Origin: Alphaproteobacteria bacterium
Lineage (GTDB): Bacteria; Pseudomonadota; Alphaproteobacteria; SHVV01
Length of the DNA: 64,000 nucleotides
NCBI GenBank assembly: GCA_965261735.1
Contig: OZ253470.1
Location: 768,001 to 832,000 of the forward strand
Direction: 5' to 3'
Part shown: positions 18,068 through 28,990 of the stretch, one piece after another
Layout: each line of letters starts with the position of its first letter
Position numbering within the stretch: position 1 is the first letter of the stretch
Position numbers and translations under genes: made by a program
The notes under the pieces: model-generated
The model's input: only the letters and a program-made list of their open reading frames with translations
Databases searched by the model: none
Told to the model about the DNA's origin: nothing

Positions 18068-18601
18068 ATGGTGGATCATCGCGGCCTGGAGCGGCCCGCT
18101 CGACCGGCAGGGTTGCGCGGGCCGCTCGGCGCGGCTGTTGCCGGCGTGTTCGCCCTGGCCCTTCTCGCCCCGCAATGCGCCGCCGCCGCAACGGACCTGC
18201 CGACCCCGCGCTTCGTCTCCCTGCGCGCCGACAAGGTGAACGTGCGCACCGGTCCCGGTGTGCGCTATCCGATCGTGTGGGTGTTCCAGCGCCGCGGCCA
18301 GCCGGTCGAGGTCACCGCGGAATACGACCTGTGGCGCCGTATTCGCGACGTCGATGGCGCCTTCGGCTGGGTGCACACGAGCCTCCTCTCGGGCGAGCGC
18401 TCGGTCGTGGTCGCCGGATTGAGCACGCTGTACCGCCGGCCCGATGAGGGCTCGGTGCCAGTCGCCCGCGCCGAGCCTGGGGTCCTGGGGCGCGTGCTCG
18501 CCTGCTCGGGCGCCTGGTGCCGGCTCGCGCTCGGGAGCTTGCGGGGCTGGACCCGGCGGACCAACCTCTGGGGCATCTACCCGGGCGAGGAGTTCGACTA
18601 G
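18068..18601 (+). CDS. Secreted tandem bacterial SH3 domain protein
   Basis: Signal peptide; PRFVSLRADKVNVRTGPG..YPI.W, WRRIRD..G..GWVH, LWGIYPGE. Confidence 0.88.
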   Translation: MVDHRGLERPARPAGLRGPLGAAVAGVFALALLAPQCAAAATDLPTPRFVSLRADKVNVRTGPGVRYPIVWVFQRRGQPVEVTAEYDLWRRIRDVDGAFGWVHTSLLSGERSVVVAGLSTLYRRPDEGSVPVARAEPGVLGRVLACSGAWCRLALGSLRGWTRRTNLWGIYPGEEFD

Positions 18602-18635
18602 CTTGCGCAACGGCCATGCCGCCTTCGGAGCCTGG

Positions 18636-19365
18636 ATGAAGTTCGAGAATAAAGTCGCCCTCGTCACCGGCGCGTCGAAGGGAATCGGCCGCGCCATCGC
18701 CCTGGCTTTTGCGCGAGAGGGTCACCGCCCGCTCGCATGGGGCGCTCGAAGCTCTCGCGGGCGAGATCGGTGAGATGGGCCGCGAAGCCCTGCCCATCAC
18801 CGCGGATCTCGGTATCGAAGAGGAGGTCGCGCGCATCGTGCCGGAGACCCTGGAGCGCTTCGGCAGGATCGATATCCTCGTCAACAACGCGGGCCTCATC
18901 CACGCCAGCGCCAACCTCGTCGACTTCGACCCGGCGCTGTGGAGAACGGTGATCGATGTGAACCTGATCGCCCCGGCCCTGCTGATCAAGGCCGTGCTGC
19001 CGCCGATGATCGCCAGCGGCGGCGGCACGATCATTAACATCTCGAGCATCGGCGGGCGCCGAGGGGGCGCCGGGCGGAGCGCCTACCGCGCGAGCAAGGC
19101 CGCGCTCATCAGCCTGACCGAGAGCGTGGCCGCGGAGGCTCGTCCACACGGCATCAACGCCGTCTGCATCTGCCCGGGAGGCGTGGACACCGAGGGCGTC
19201 CGCGCGGCGTTCTACGCCCACGGGCGCGCGCTCAACCCCAACCTCATGCGCCCCGAAGAGATCGCCGACGTCGCCCTGTTTCTCGCCTCCGACGCAGCGA
19301 GCGCGATCACCGGCACCGCCGTCGACGCCTTCGGCGCCACCAACCCCCTCTTCCGCGCCGGATAG
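18636..19365 (+). pseudogene. SDR oxidoreductase, frameshifted
   Basis: MKFENKVALVTGASKGIGRAIALAFAREG in one frame; VTARS...DILVNNAG...YRASK in another; shift at ~18720. Confidence 0.85.
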
Positions 19366-19470
19366 GGCCGTCGCCTCTGGCGCCCGGCGAACGAGTGACG
19401 CATGGCGTGTTGCGCCGGGCGGCGACCCTGCCCTTCGAGGACCCGTCGCCGCTCGAGGAGAACCTCGACC

Positions 19471-20575
19471 CTTGCCTATCCGGTTTACACCCACACCCAC
19501 TAGGGCTAGAATGGGCGCAACCCGGATATAGGGGAGCGCGCCATGGATGTTCTCGACCGCGCCGATCTCCCATTCCCGCATTCGCTACCCGAGTTCCAGC
19601 GACTTTTCCCCGATGATGCGGCCTGCGCCACCTACCTGGAGAAAGCCCGCTGGGGAGACGGCTTTGCCTGCCCGCACTGCGGCACGGCGGGAGAGCCGTT
19701 CCACTTTGAAAACCGCCCTGGCGTCCTGCGCTACCGCAAGTGCCGCCAGAACACCGGGCTGACGGTGGGAACAGTGATGGAGCGTAGCCACACTCCGCTG
19801 AACGTCTGGTTCTGGGCCGCTTATCTGGTCGCCAGTCAGACGCCCGGCATGTCCGCCGTGCAGTTTCAGCGGCAACTTGGTCTTTCGCGCTACGAGACGG
19901 CCTTTCAAATTCTCCACAAGCTCCGCTCGGGCATGGTGCGGCCCAACCAAGACAGGATCGGTGGACAGCCCAAGAACCATGTTGAGGTGGACGAAACCTG
20001 GGTTGGCGGGCGAACGCGTGGGGAAGGCCGTGGTGTTCACCACAAGGTTCCCGTCTCCTGTGCCATCGAGGTGCGTCATCGAAAGCCGGGCACCAAGCTC
20101 GACAACCGGAAAGACGGACGCTATGCCGGACGCGTTCGGCTCGCCGTCGTGCTCGACCGTAGCGCCGAGTCGCTCTGTGGGTTCGTCGAGAGCACCGTCG
20201 CGCCGCGATCGCTGATCGTTACTGACGATTGGAGCGGCTATGCTGGCCTCGGTAAGCGCGGCTATGAGCACTTCGCTGTTGCCGAGTGTGGTGATCCAGA
20301 GGTTGCCGAGCAATACCTGCCGATCATCCATCTGGTTTTCGCCAACCTGAAGACGTGGCTGATCGGTATCCACCACGGCGTTAGCCACCAGCACCTACAA
20401 GCCTACCTCAACGAGTTCACCTTCCGCTTCAACAGGCGGTTCTACCCGTTCAACGCCTTCCGCTCATTGCTCGGCATCGCGGGCGACACCTCTGCTCCAA
20501 CCTATGCCGAGCTTTACTCGGGAGAGTGGTGGCACCCTACATGTAGCGGTCATGGGCGTTAACCGGATAGGCAAG
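19471..20575 (+). mobile_element. IS1595-family insertion sequence, copy 1 (1105 bp)
   Basis: TIRs CTTGCCTATCCGGTT / AACCGGATAGGCAAG; near-identical to 38537-39641. Confidence 0.93.
19543..20562 (+). CDS. IS1595-family transposase (Zn-ribbon Cys to Tyr variant)
   Basis: CPHC...YRKC, VEVDETWVGG, TDDWSGY, HLQAYLNEFTFRFNRR. Confidence 0.92.
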   Translation: MDVLDRADLPFPHSLPEFQRLFPDDAACATYLEKARWGDGFACPHCGTAGEPFHFENRPGVLRYRKCRQNTGLTVGTVMERSHTPLNVWFWAAYLVASQTPGMSAVQFQRQLGLSRYETAFQILHKLRSGMVRPNQDRIGGQPKNHVEVDETWVGGRTRGEGRGVHHKVPVSCAIEVRHRKPGTKLDNRKDGRYAGRVRLAVVLDRSAESLCGFVESTVAPRSLIVTDDWSGYAGLGKRGYEHFAVAECGDPEVAEQYLPIIHLVFANLKTWLIGIHHGVSHQHLQAYLNEFTFRFNRRFYPFNAFRSLLGIAGDTSAPTYAELYSGEWWHPTCSGHGR

Positions 20576-20953
20576 AACGAACGCCTTCGCGAGGAAGGAG
20601 ATGAGCAGCAGGTGATTCTCGTGATCCAGGAAGGACGGGTGCGGATCGAACGAAGCAATGGCGGGAGCATCGCCCGAATCACCACTCTAGGGCCGAACGA
20701 GGTCGCTGGCGAAATGTCCTTTGTTCAGGCAAAGAGTGCGAGCGCCTCGGTCGTCGCCGAAACCGACGTGACGGCCGTCGTGATCCAAGCGCCGGACGTT
20801 TACGCGCTATTGGCATCCGACCCTGGGTTTGCGACCCGCTTCTACCTCTGTCTGGCGCGAACGCTAGCGGCCCGCCTGGAGAGCACCACGGCGGGGTTGA
20901 TCGATTCGGCGGCAAGCGCCAACGCTCGCTGAACCACACAGCGAGCGCGCGAC

Positions 20954-21547
20954 TCAATCCAGATCGGCGGCGAGGGCGGCGCGCACGCGCTCGGGAATGA
21001 TGGCCATGTGGGCGTAGGCGGCGTGGCGGATGGCCAGCGTCACCTGCGCGCCAGGTGCGCGAAAAGCGTCGGCCTGAGCGTCGTCGAGGGGAAAGCGCAG
21101 GAAATGCACCGCGGAGGCCTTGCCCGCCTCGTTGGTGCGGGCCGTGTCGCCCTCGGGAACGGCGGCGAGGGTCCTGCCGGCGAACTCCAAGCGCACGGAG
21201 TGCTCGACGCCGCCGAGGCCAGCGAGGAGGCGGGACCTGCGCGCCGGCTCCTCGATCTCGAACATCAGGGCGGTTACCAATTCCCGACCCTTGGGAATAA
21301 GCGGATTGTAGGCCGCGAGCTCGCCCTCGATCTGGGCCTCGCCACCCTTCTCGATGTAGAGCATCTCGTGGACCTGGTGCCACATGGTTTCGTAGTTCTC
21401 GAAATAGAAGGTGGCGAACGGGCCGACTTCGACACGGCGGTCGCGCTTGAGGGCCGCTACCGCGCGCCGCCTCTCCTTACGGATTCGCGCGTATTCCTCG
21501 CTCGGCAGGATGTCGGCCCGCGTCAGCTCGCGCGCGGCGGCGCTCAT
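20954..21547 (-). CDS. DUF3501-family protein
   Basis: RRVEVGPFATFYFEN..TMWHQVHEML.IEKGG..EL.AYNPLIP, GKASAVHFLRF; third gene of the rubrerythrin cluster. Confidence 0.88.
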   Translation of the reverse strand: MSAAARELTRADILPSEEYARIRKERRRAVAALKRDRRVEVGPFATFYFENYETMWHQVHEMLYIEKGGEAQIEGELAAYNPLIPKGRELVTALMFEIEEPARRSRLLAGLGGVEHSVRLEFAGRTLAAVPEGDTARTNEAGKASAVHFLRFPLDDAQADAFRAPGAQVTLAIRHAAYAHMAIIPERVRAALAADLD

Positions 21548-21550
21548 GCG

Positions 21551-22903
21551 CTAGACGCTGATCCCATAGGCTCGGGCGAACAGCTCGATGGGATGGTGGG
21601 AGCGCCCGGGGACCGCTGAGCCGTCGCCGAGGCGCTCCATGCCCTGGCGGATGTGCTCGGCCGCAAGCGGACACTCCGACGCGAGAAAGGCGGCGCCGCC
21701 CTCGGCTGCACTGCGGGCCACGGGCTTTCCGACCTTGAGAGCCGTATCGAAATTGTCCTTCATCACGCCCCACGATCCGCCATGCCCCGAGCAGCGCTCG
21801 ATCGTCTTGACCTCGGTGTCGGGAATGAGGCGCAGCAGGTCGGCGCCCTTGGGTCCCATGTTCTGGGCGCGTGCATGGCAGGCGAGATGGACGGCGACGC
21901 TGCCGGGCAACGCGGACAACCCATCCGCCAGGCCCTCTTTACGAGCGATGTCGACCACATACTCGGTGACATCGTGCGTCGACTGCGACAGCCGTCGCAC
22001 GGCGGCATCGTCGGGCAGGATCAGCGGCCACTCGAACTTGATCATCAGGGCGCACGAGGGCACCAGCGCGATGACTTCGTAGCCCTTATCGAGCCAGGGC
22101 TCGAGCGTGGCCGTGATGTCCCGGGCGCGCGCCTCGACCTCGGCAAGAGCGCCCCGCTCGAGCTGCGGCATGCCGCAGCAGGTGGGGTAGACGACCTCGG
22201 TCTCGACGCCGTTTCGCGCCAACACGGCGCGGGCGGCCGCGCCGATGCCTGGGTTGTTGTAGTTGACGAAGCAGGTCGCGTAGAGGACGGCTTTGCGGCC
22301 GGCCGCCGGCGCCTCGCGGTTGACCTCGGGCGCGGCCTGGCCCGCGGCCCGCACGAAGGTCTTGCGGTGAAACTTGGGCAGCGCCGCCTCGCGGTGAACG
22401 CCGGTGATGCCTTCGAGGATCGGGCGCGTGATCCGGTTCCTGGCGTCGCTCGCCCAATTCGCCAACGGCGCCACGGCGCCTGCCAGAGTGCCGTTGCGGT
22501 CGGTCCGCGCGAGCTGGCCCTGCCAGAAGCCAGCCTTGCCGGCTCGCTCCTCCGCGGCACGCGCGCGCAGCATCAGGTGCGGGAAATCGAGGTTGAACTC
22601 GTGCGGAGGGACGTAGGGGCACTTCGTCATGAAGCACATGTCGCACAGCGTGCAGGCATCGACCACCGGTTTGAACCCGGCGCTCGCCACCGAATCGAGC
22701 TCGCCTGTTTCGGACTCGTCGATCAGGTCGAACAGCCGCGGGAACGAATCGCAGAGATTGAAGCAGCGGCGGCACCCATGACAGATGTCGAAAACCCGCC
22801 CCATTTCGGCGTCGATCTTGGCGGCATCGAAAAAGTCAGGATCGCGCCAGGCCAACGCGTGGCGTATCGGCGCCTCGGTGCTGCCTTCCTTGACCGTGAC
22901 CAT
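21551..22903 (-). CDS. Fe-S oxidoreductase (4Fe-4S plus CCG domains)
   Basis: CHGCRRCFNLC, CTLCDMC...CPY, CCGMP, ERCSGHGG; start MVTVKEGSTEAP. Confidence 0.9.
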   Translation of the reverse strand: MVTVKEGSTEAPIRHALAWRDPDFFDAAKIDAEMGRVFDICHGCRRCFNLCDSFPRLFDLIDESETGELDSVASAGFKPVVDACTLCDMCFMTKCPYVPPHEFNLDFPHLMLRARAAEERAGKAGFWQGQLARTDRNGTLAGAVAPLANWASDARNRITRPILEGITGVHREAALPKFHRKTFVRAAGQAAPEVNREAPAAGRKAVLYATCFVNYNNPGIGAAARAVLARNGVETEVVYPTCCGMPQLERGALAEVEARARDITATLEPWLDKGYEVIALVPSCALMIKFEWPLILPDDAAVRRLSQSTHDVTEYVVDIARKEGLADGLSALPGSVAVHLACHARAQNMGPKGADLLRLIPDTEVKTIERCSGHGGSWGVMKDNFDTALKVGKPVARSAAEGGAAFLASECPLAAEHIRQGMERLGDGSAVPGRSHHPIELFARAYGISV

Positions 22904-22928
22904 CGCGGCCCCTTTGGTGGGAGAATGC

Positions 22929-22955
22929 GAGGAGGGCCCGGACCGGGCCCTCCTC
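22929..22955. terminator. Perfect 12-bp GC hairpin between rubrerythrin and the Fe-S gene (stabiliser or weak terminator)
   Basis: GAGGAGGGCCCG-GAC-CGGGCCCTCCTC; no U-tract. Confidence 0.5.
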
Positions 22956-22986
22956 CATTGCGTAACGGCGCCCCGGGAGGCGTTGC

Positions 22987-23406
22987 CTAGTCGAGCGTGT
23001 CGAGCGCCTTCTGGAAGCGCCCCGCATGCGACTTCTCGGCCTTGGCGAGCGTTTCGAACCAATCGGCGATCTCGTCGAAACCCTCTTCCCGCGCGGTCCG
23101 CGCCATGCCCGGATACATGTCGGTGTATTCGTGGGTCTCGCCGGCAATGGACGCCTTCAGATTGTCGCCGGTGGCGCCGATCTTCACGCCCGTCGCCGGG
23201 TCGCCGGTCTCCTCCAGGTATTCGAGGTGGCCGTGGGCGTGGCCCGTCTCGCCCTCGGCCGTTGACCGAAACACGGTCGAGACGTCGTTGTAGCCCTCGA
23301 CGTCCGCCTTCTGGGCGAAATAGAGATAACGCCGGTTGGCTTGCGACTCGCCGGCGAACGCATCCTTCAGGTTTTGCTCGGTCTTAGTCCCCTTAAGAGA
23401 CGGCAT
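22987..23406 (-). CDS. Rubrerythrin (short form without rubredoxin domain)
   Basis: [40 protein letters not shown] di-iron motifs. Confidence 0.95.
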   Translation of the reverse strand: MPSLKGTKTEQNLKDAFAGESQANRRYLYFAQKADVEGYNDVSTVFRSTAEGETGHAHGHLEYLEETGDPATGVKIGATGDNLKASIAGETHEYTDMYPGMARTAREEGFDEIADWFETLAKAEKSHAGRFQKALDTLD

Positions 23407-23704
23407 TGGCTCCTCCTTGCCTGGCCGCTATTCGGCATAGGTTTTTTTTGGAAAACGCCCCAGGAAGGGGCCCCGCTCAGTCGTGAACGGCCTTGCGAAA
23501 CATCACTTTAGCACCAAATCTTTGGGAGGGCTCGGCATTCTCTGCGGTCCGGCGCGCGCTGGCGCACTTGATTCACCCGGCCGCGGGCCCAATTAGGAGC
23601 CGTTGGCGCGGAGCGGCCTCGCTCGCGCAGGCTCTTGTCCTCGGCGGCAGTTTCGATATAGTCGCCGAAGCACGAGCAGGAATCGAAAGCGGGCGACACG
23701 ACTG

Positions 23705-24235
23705 ATGCAGCATGCAGTGAAGCAACTGTTCACGAGGCAGCGCAAGGCGGCCTATAACCGCGAAGAGCTGATCGAGTGCGGGCATGGCCGCCTGTTCGGG
23801 CCCGGCAACGCGCGCTTGCCACTGCCGCCCCTGTTGATGCTGGATCGGATCATCCGCATCTCGGACACGGGTGGCGCCTATGGTAAGGGCGAGATCGTCG
23901 CTGAAATGGACATCAGCCCAGATCTCTGGTTCTTCGAATCCCACTTCAAGTCCGACCCGGTCATGCCGGGCGCCCTTGGGCTCGACGCGATGTGGCAGCT
24001 GGTCGGCTTCTTCCTCGGCTGGCTCGGCCTGCCCGGGCGCGGCCGCGCGCTCAGCACGGGCGCCGTCAAGTTCATCGGCGAGGTGCTGCCGAGCGCCAAG
24101 AAGATCACGTTCCACATCAACATCAAGAAGCTGATCAACCGCAAGCTCGCCATGGCCATCGCCGATGGCATCATGAACGTCGACGGCAAGAAGATTTGCG
24201 AAGCGCAGGACCTGCGCGTCGGCGTCTTCAACTGA
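23705..24235 (+). CDS. fabA: 3-hydroxyacyl-ACP dehydratase/isomerase
   Basis: [48 protein letters not shown]. Confidence 0.96.
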   Translation: MQHAVKQLFTRQRKAAYNREELIECGHGRLFGPGNARLPLPPLLMLDRIIRISDTGGAYGKGEIVAEMDISPDLWFFESHFKSDPVMPGALGLDAMWQLVGFFLGWLGLPGRGRALSTGAVKFIGEVLPSAKKITFHINIKKLINRKLAMAIADGIMNVDGKKICEAQDLRVGVFN

Positions 24236-24260
24236 GCGGCTGAGGGATCGCGCAACCCCC

Positions 24261-25478
24261 ATGCGACGCGTCGTCGTCACCGGAATGGGGATCGTTAGCT
24301 CGATCGGCAACAACACGCAGGAAGTGCTCGCGGCACTGCGCGAGGGGCGCTCGGGAATCGAGTTCTGCGAGGACTATCGCGACCATAAGTTTCGCAGCCA
24401 GATACATGGCTCGCTGAAGATCGACCTCGAATCGAGTATCGACCGCAAGGTGCGCCGCTTCATGGGCGACGGCGCCGCGTTCAACTACCTGGCGATGGAG
24501 CAGGCGATCGTCGATTCGGGCCTGGGCGAGGATCTGGTCTCCAGTGAGCGCACGGGAATCGTCGTCGGCTCGGGCGGCCCGTCGATGAAGAACGAACTCC
24601 TGGCCTGCGACCTCGCGCGCGACAAGGGCGCCAAGCGCGTCGGCCCCTACATGGTGCCGCGCTGCATGTCGAGCACCAACTCCGCCTGTCTCGCGACCCA
24701 CTTTCGCATCAAGGGCGTCAACTACTCGATCAGCTCGGCCTGCGCGACCAGCGCCCACTGCATCGGCCACGCCGCCGAACTCATCCAACTCGGCAAGCAG
24801 GACATTGTCTTCGCCGGCGGCGGCGAGGAGCTGGATTGGACGCTATCGGTCCTGTTCGACGGCATGGGAGCGATGTCCTCGCACTTCAACGACACGCCCG
24901 ACAAGGCGTCCCGCCCCTACGACAGCGACCGCGACGGATTCGTCATTTCCGGCGGCGGCGGCCTGCTGGTGATGGAGGAGCTCGAGCACGCCAAGGCGCG
25001 CGGCGCTCGGGTGCTCGCCGAACTGGTCGGCTACGGGGCGACCTCGGACGGCTACGACATGGTCCAGCCCTCGAGCGAGGGCGCGGTACGCTGCATGCGC
25101 CAGGCGCTCGCCACCGTCGAGGTTCCGGTCGACTACATCAACACCCACGGCACCAGCACGCCGATCGGCGATGAGCGCGAGATCGGTGCCATCGCCGAGG
25201 TGTTCGACGGCAACATTCCGCCGCTCGGCTCGACCAAATCGCTGACGGGCCATTCGCTGGGGGCCGCCGGCGCCCACGAGGTCATCTACGCGCTGCTGAT
25301 GATGCACAACGACTTCATCGCCGCCTCGGCCAATATCGACAATCTCGACCCGAAATTTGAGAAGGCGCCGATTGTTCGCGAGCGGCGAGACGACGTGAAG
25401 CTCAACTGCGTGATGTCCAACAGCTTCGGCTTCGGGGGCACCAACGCGGCGCTCGTTTTCAGCCGGCCCGGTGGGTGA
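24261..25478 (+). CDS. fabB: Beta-ketoacyl-ACP synthase I
   Basis: [41 protein letters not shown]. Confidence 0.96.
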   Translation: MRRVVVTGMGIVSSIGNNTQEVLAALREGRSGIEFCEDYRDHKFRSQIHGSLKIDLESSIDRKVRRFMGDGAAFNYLAMEQAIVDSGLGEDLVSSERTGIVVGSGGPSMKNELLACDLARDKGAKRVGPYMVPRCMSSTNSACLATHFRIKGVNYSISSACATSAHCIGHAAELIQLGKQDIVFAGGGEELDWTLSVLFDGMGAMSSHFNDTPDKASRPYDSDRDGFVISGGGGLLVMEELEHAKARGARVLAELVGYGATSDGYDMVQPSSEGAVRCMRQALATVEVPVDYINTHGTSTPIGDEREIGAIAEVFDGNIPPLGSTKSLTGHSLGAAGAHEVIYALLMMHNDFIAASANIDNLDPKFEKAPIVRERRDDVKLNCVMSNSFGFGGTNAALVFSRPGG

Positions 25479-26387
25479 ATGGTGGACAACGCCGCGGGGG
25501 GGAGCGGAGCGGGTCCCGGAGGGGCCACGGCGGTACCCCTGCGCCCGGCGGCGCGGGCCAACGACCCGCAGCCGCTCATGGCGGGCAAGCGCGGCCTCAT
25601 CTTCGGGGTCGCCAACGACCATTCGATCGCCTGGGGGATGGCGCGCAGGCTGTACGGCCACGGCGCCGCGCTCGCCTTCACCTACCAGGATGAGGCCTTC
25701 CGCAAGCGCGTGGAGCCGCTCGCGCAATCGTTGGCGAGTCCGATCATTGCCGCGTGCGATGCGGAGGACGAGGACGCGCTCGATGCCGTCTTTGCCGCCG
25801 TCGAGCGCGAGTGGGGCGGGCTCGACTTCGTCATCCACGCCATCGCCTATTCCGATAAGGAGGAGCTGCGCGGGCGCTATCTCGATACCACGCGGGCGAA
25901 CTTCCGCCGCACGCTCCACGTCTCCTGCTTTACCTTTACCGACATCGCGCGGCGCGCCCATCGACTGATGTCGGACGGCGGAAGCCTGCTCACGCTGACC
26001 TATCTCGGTGCCGAGCGCGTGATGCCGAGCTACAACGTCATGGGCGTGGCCAAGGCGGCGCTGGAAGCGAGCGTGCGCTACCTGGCGGTCGATCTCGGCG
26101 GCGACGGCATCCGCGTCAACGCCATCTCGGCCGGGCCGATGCGCACCCTCGCGGGCTCGGCGATCGCCGATGCCCGCTATGTCTGGCACTACACCGGCGA
26201 ACACGCGCCGCTGCGGCGCAACCTAACGCTCGACGAGGTCGGCGATGCCGCCCTTTATCTACTGAGCGACCTCTCGCGCGGCGTCACCGGCGAGATCATG
26301 CACGTCGATTCCGGCTTCCACGCGGTCGGCATTCCCCCCAGCAACGGATCCCGGGACCGGGGCCCGCAGGGCGGCCGCCAGACCTGA
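25479..26387 (+). CDS. fabI: Enoyl-ACP reductase
   Basis: GKRGLIFGVANDHSIAWG, YNVMGVAKAALE, ISAGPMRTLA; start uncertain. Confidence 0.95.
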   Translation: MVDNAAGGSGAGPGGATAVPLRPAARANDPQPLMAGKRGLIFGVANDHSIAWGMARRLYGHGAALAFTYQDEAFRKRVEPLAQSLASPIIAACDAEDEDALDAVFAAVEREWGGLDFVIHAIAYSDKEELRGRYLDTTRANFRRTLHVSCFTFTDIARRAHRLMSDGGSLLTLTYLGAERVMPSYNVMGVAKAALEASVRYLAVDLGGDGIRVNAISAGPMRTLAGSAIADARYVWHYTGEHAPLRRNLTLDEVGDAALYLLSDLSRGVTGEIMHVDSGFHAVGIPPSNGSRDRGPQGGRQT

Positions 26388-26389
26388 CC

Positions 26390-28507
26390 CTACTCGCCGA
26401 CGCCGACCTGCTCGGGCGCCGGCTCCCCCTCCGCCTCGATCGCCTTGATGCTCAGGCGAACCTTGCCGCGGTCGTCGATGCCGAGCACCTTGACCCGGAC
26501 CTCATCGCCCTCGTTGACCACGTCGGTCACCTTGGCAACGCGGCGCGGCGCTAGCTCGCTGATGTGAACGAGGCCATCTCGATTGCCGATGAAGTTCACA
26601 AAGGCGCCGAAATCAACGACCTTGACCACCTTGCCGGTATAGATCACCCCGATCTCAGGCTCGGCCACGATGTCCTTGATCCAATCCATCGCCTTCTGTG
26701 ACGCTGCGACGTCGGCCGACGCGATCTTGATCGTGCCATCGTCGTTGATGTCGATCTTGGCGCCCGTGACCTCGCAGATCTCGCGCACGACCTTGCCCCC
26801 GGTGCCGATCACCTCGCGGATCTTTTCCCGCGGAATGGTGATGGTGGAGATGCGCGGCGCGTGATCCTTGACCGAATCGCGGGCCGCCGTCAGCGCCTTA
26901 CTCATTTCCCCGAGAATGTGCATCCGTCCGTCTCGCGCCTGGGCCAGCGCCGCGCTCATGATCTCCTCGGTGACGCCGGTGATCTTGATGTCCATCTGCA
27001 GCGCGGTCACGCCCTGGTCGGTGCCCGCGACCTTGAAGTCCATGTCGCCGAGATGGTCTTCGTCGCCCAGGATGTCGGATAAGATCGCATATTCCCCGTC
27101 ATCGAGGATGAGGCCCATGGCGATCCCCGCGCACGGCCGGCGCAGGGGCACGGCGGCGTCCATGAGCGACAGCGAAGCGCCGCACACGGTCGCCATCGAC
27201 GAGGAGCCGTTCGACTCGGTGATCTCGGAAACCACCCGGATGGTGTAGGGGAAGTCCTCGGGCGAGGGCATGAGCGCGTGCAACGCCCGCCAGGCGAGCT
27301 TGCCGTGGCCTATTTCGCGCCGCCCCGGACCGGTCATGAACTTGGTCTCGCCGGTCGAGTACGGCGGGAAGTTGTAGTGCAGCATGTAGTGCTGACGATA
27401 CTCACCCTCGAGCGCGTCGACGATCTGCTCGTCATCGCCCGTGCCCAGCGTGGTCACGACGATCGCTTGGGTCTCGCCGCGGGTGAACAGCGCCGCGCCG
27501 TGGGTGCGCGGCAGCACCCCGACTTCGGCCTGGATGGGTCTGACCGTCTTGGTATCGCGGCCGTCGATGCGCGTGCCGTTTTCGAGAATGGCGCGGCGCA
27601 CGATCCGTTTTTCGAGCTTCTTGAGCAGCGCCGTCACGGGCGCCGGGTCGTCGAACTCCGCCTCGAAGGCGGCCACCACGCGCTGGCGTACGGCATCGAG
27701 CTTGTCGCTCCGCGCCTGCTTGACCTGCTCGGCGTAGGCGGCGCGCAGGTCGGCTTCGGCCATCTCCGCGATGCGCGCGGCCAGGGCCTCCTCGCCGTCG
27801 TTGACGGGAACCACCCATGGCTCCTTGGCGCACGCCTCGGCCAGCCCGATGATGAGGTCGACGACCGGCTTGAAGCTTTCCTGGCCGAACGTCACCGCCC
27901 CCAGCATCACCTCCTCGGATAGCTCGCGGGCCTCGGACTCGACCATGAGCACAGCGTCGCCCGTGCCGGCGACCAACAGGTCTAGTTCGCTCGAGGCCAT
28001 TTCGTCGATCTGAGGATTGAGGACGTAGGCGCCATCGAAATAGCCGACGCGGGCGGCGGCGATGGGCCCGAGGAACGGGATCCCGGAGATCGTCAGCGCC
28101 GCCGACGCGCCGATCAGCGCCGGGATGTCGGGGTCGTTTTCGATGTCGTGCGACAGCACCGTGCAAATGACCTGGGTTTCGTTGCGAAAGCCCGCTGCGA
28201 AGAGCGGCCTGATCGGCCGGTCGATGAGGCGCGAGGTCAGCGTCTCCTTCTCCGTCGGTCGGCCTTCTCGCTTGAAGAAGCCGCCGGGTATCTTCCCGGC
28301 CGCGAAGGTCTTTTCCTGGTAGTTGACGGTGAGCGGAAAGAAATCGATGCCGGCGCGCGGCGTGCTTCGTGCCACCGCGGTGCAGAGCACGGTCGATTCG
28401 CCATAGCTCACCATGACCGCGCCATCTGCCTGGCGCGCCACCTTGCCGGTCTCGATCACGAGCCGGCGGCCGCCCCACTCCATCTCTCGTCTATGTACTT
28501 CGAACAT
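26390..28507 (-). CDS. pnp: Polyribonucleotide nucleotidyltransferase
   Basis: [40 protein letters not shown] and S1 domains. Confidence 0.99.
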   Translation of the reverse strand: MFEVHRREMEWGGRRLVIETGKVARQADGAVMVSYGESTVLCTAVARSTPRAGIDFFPLTVNYQEKTFAAGKIPGGFFKREGRPTEKETLTSRLIDRPIRPLFAAGFRNETQVICTVLSHDIENDPDIPALIGASAALTISGIPFLGPIAAARVGYFDGAYVLNPQIDEMASSELDLLVAGTGDAVLMVESEARELSEEVMLGAVTFGQESFKPVVDLIIGLAEACAKEPWVVPVNDGEEALAARIAEMAEADLRAAYAEQVKQARSDKLDAVRQRVVAAFEAEFDDPAPVTALLKKLEKRIVRRAILENGTRIDGRDTKTVRPIQAEVGVLPRTHGAALFTRGETQAIVVTTLGTGDDEQIVDALEGEYRQHYMLHYNFPPYSTGETKFMTGPGRREIGHGKLAWRALHALMPSPEDFPYTIRVVSEITESNGSSSMATVCGASLSLMDAAVPLRRPCAGIAMGLILDDGEYAILSDILGDEDHLGDMDFKVAGTDQGVTALQMDIKITGVTEEIMSAALAQARDGRMHILGEMSKALTAARDSVKDHAPRISTITIPREKIREVIGTGGKVVREICEVTGAKIDINDDGTIKIASADVAASQKAMDWIKDIVAEPEIGVIYTGKVVKVVDFGAFVNFIGNRDGLVHISELAPRRVAKVTDVVNEGDEVRVKVLGIDDRGKVRLSIKAIEAEGEPAPEQVGVGE

Positions 28508-28535
28508 TTCTCTTTCGTCCCTTCGTTTTTCCCCA

Positions 28536-28562
28536 GGGCAGCCCCGCCTTTCGGCGCTGCCC
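28536..28562 (-). promoter_or_regulatory. pnp leader stem-loop
   Basis: GGGCAGCGCC-GAAA-GGCG(GGG)CTGCCC hairpin with a GNRA loop ~30 nt upstream of the pnp start. Confidence 0.4.
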
Positions 28563-28689
28563 GGCGGCGTTATCATTGCCCCACGCCACCTCCGGGGCTT
28601 TCAAAGATCGATCGGTGAATTGACGCGATGCCGGAGGCCACGCGGCCCCGCGACCCGGCGCGCCGCCGGGTGAGTCGCGCCCTGTGCGC

Positions 28690-28959
28690 CTACTTGCGGA
28701 TCCCGAGGCGCTGGATGAGCGTCTTGTAGCGCTCGCTGTCCATGCGATCGAGGTAGTCGAGCAGGCGGCGGCGGCGGCTGACCATCATCAGCAGGCCGCG
28801 GCGCGAGTGGTTGTCCTTCTTGTGTGACCGGAAATGCTCGGTGAGGTTGTTGATGCGCTCGGTCAGGATGGCGACCTGCACCTCCGGCGACCCCGTGTCC
28901 CCGTTGGACCGACCGAACTCGCCAATGACCTCACTCTTGCGTTCCGCGGCAATCGACAT
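28690..28959 (-). CDS. rpsO: 30S ribosomal protein S15
   Basis: [28 protein letters not shown]. Confidence 0.98.
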   Translation of the reverse strand: MSIAAERKSEVIGEFGRSNGDTGSPEVQVAILTERINNLTEHFRSHKKDNHSRRGLLMMVSRRRRLLDYLDRMDSERYKTLIQRLGIRK

Positions 28960-28990
28960 CCGCACACCCCTTCTTCGATTGATCGTACGC

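Larger units (their letters stand above)
19395..20932 (+). pseudogene. Cyclic-nucleotide-binding domain protein split by IS1595
   Basis: Downstream part ...EEGDE...IQEGRVRI...LGPNEVAGEMSFVQAKSASASVVA is a cNMP domain; upstream GTG ORF 19395-19469 joins it in frame if 19470-20575 is removed. Confidence 0.7.
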
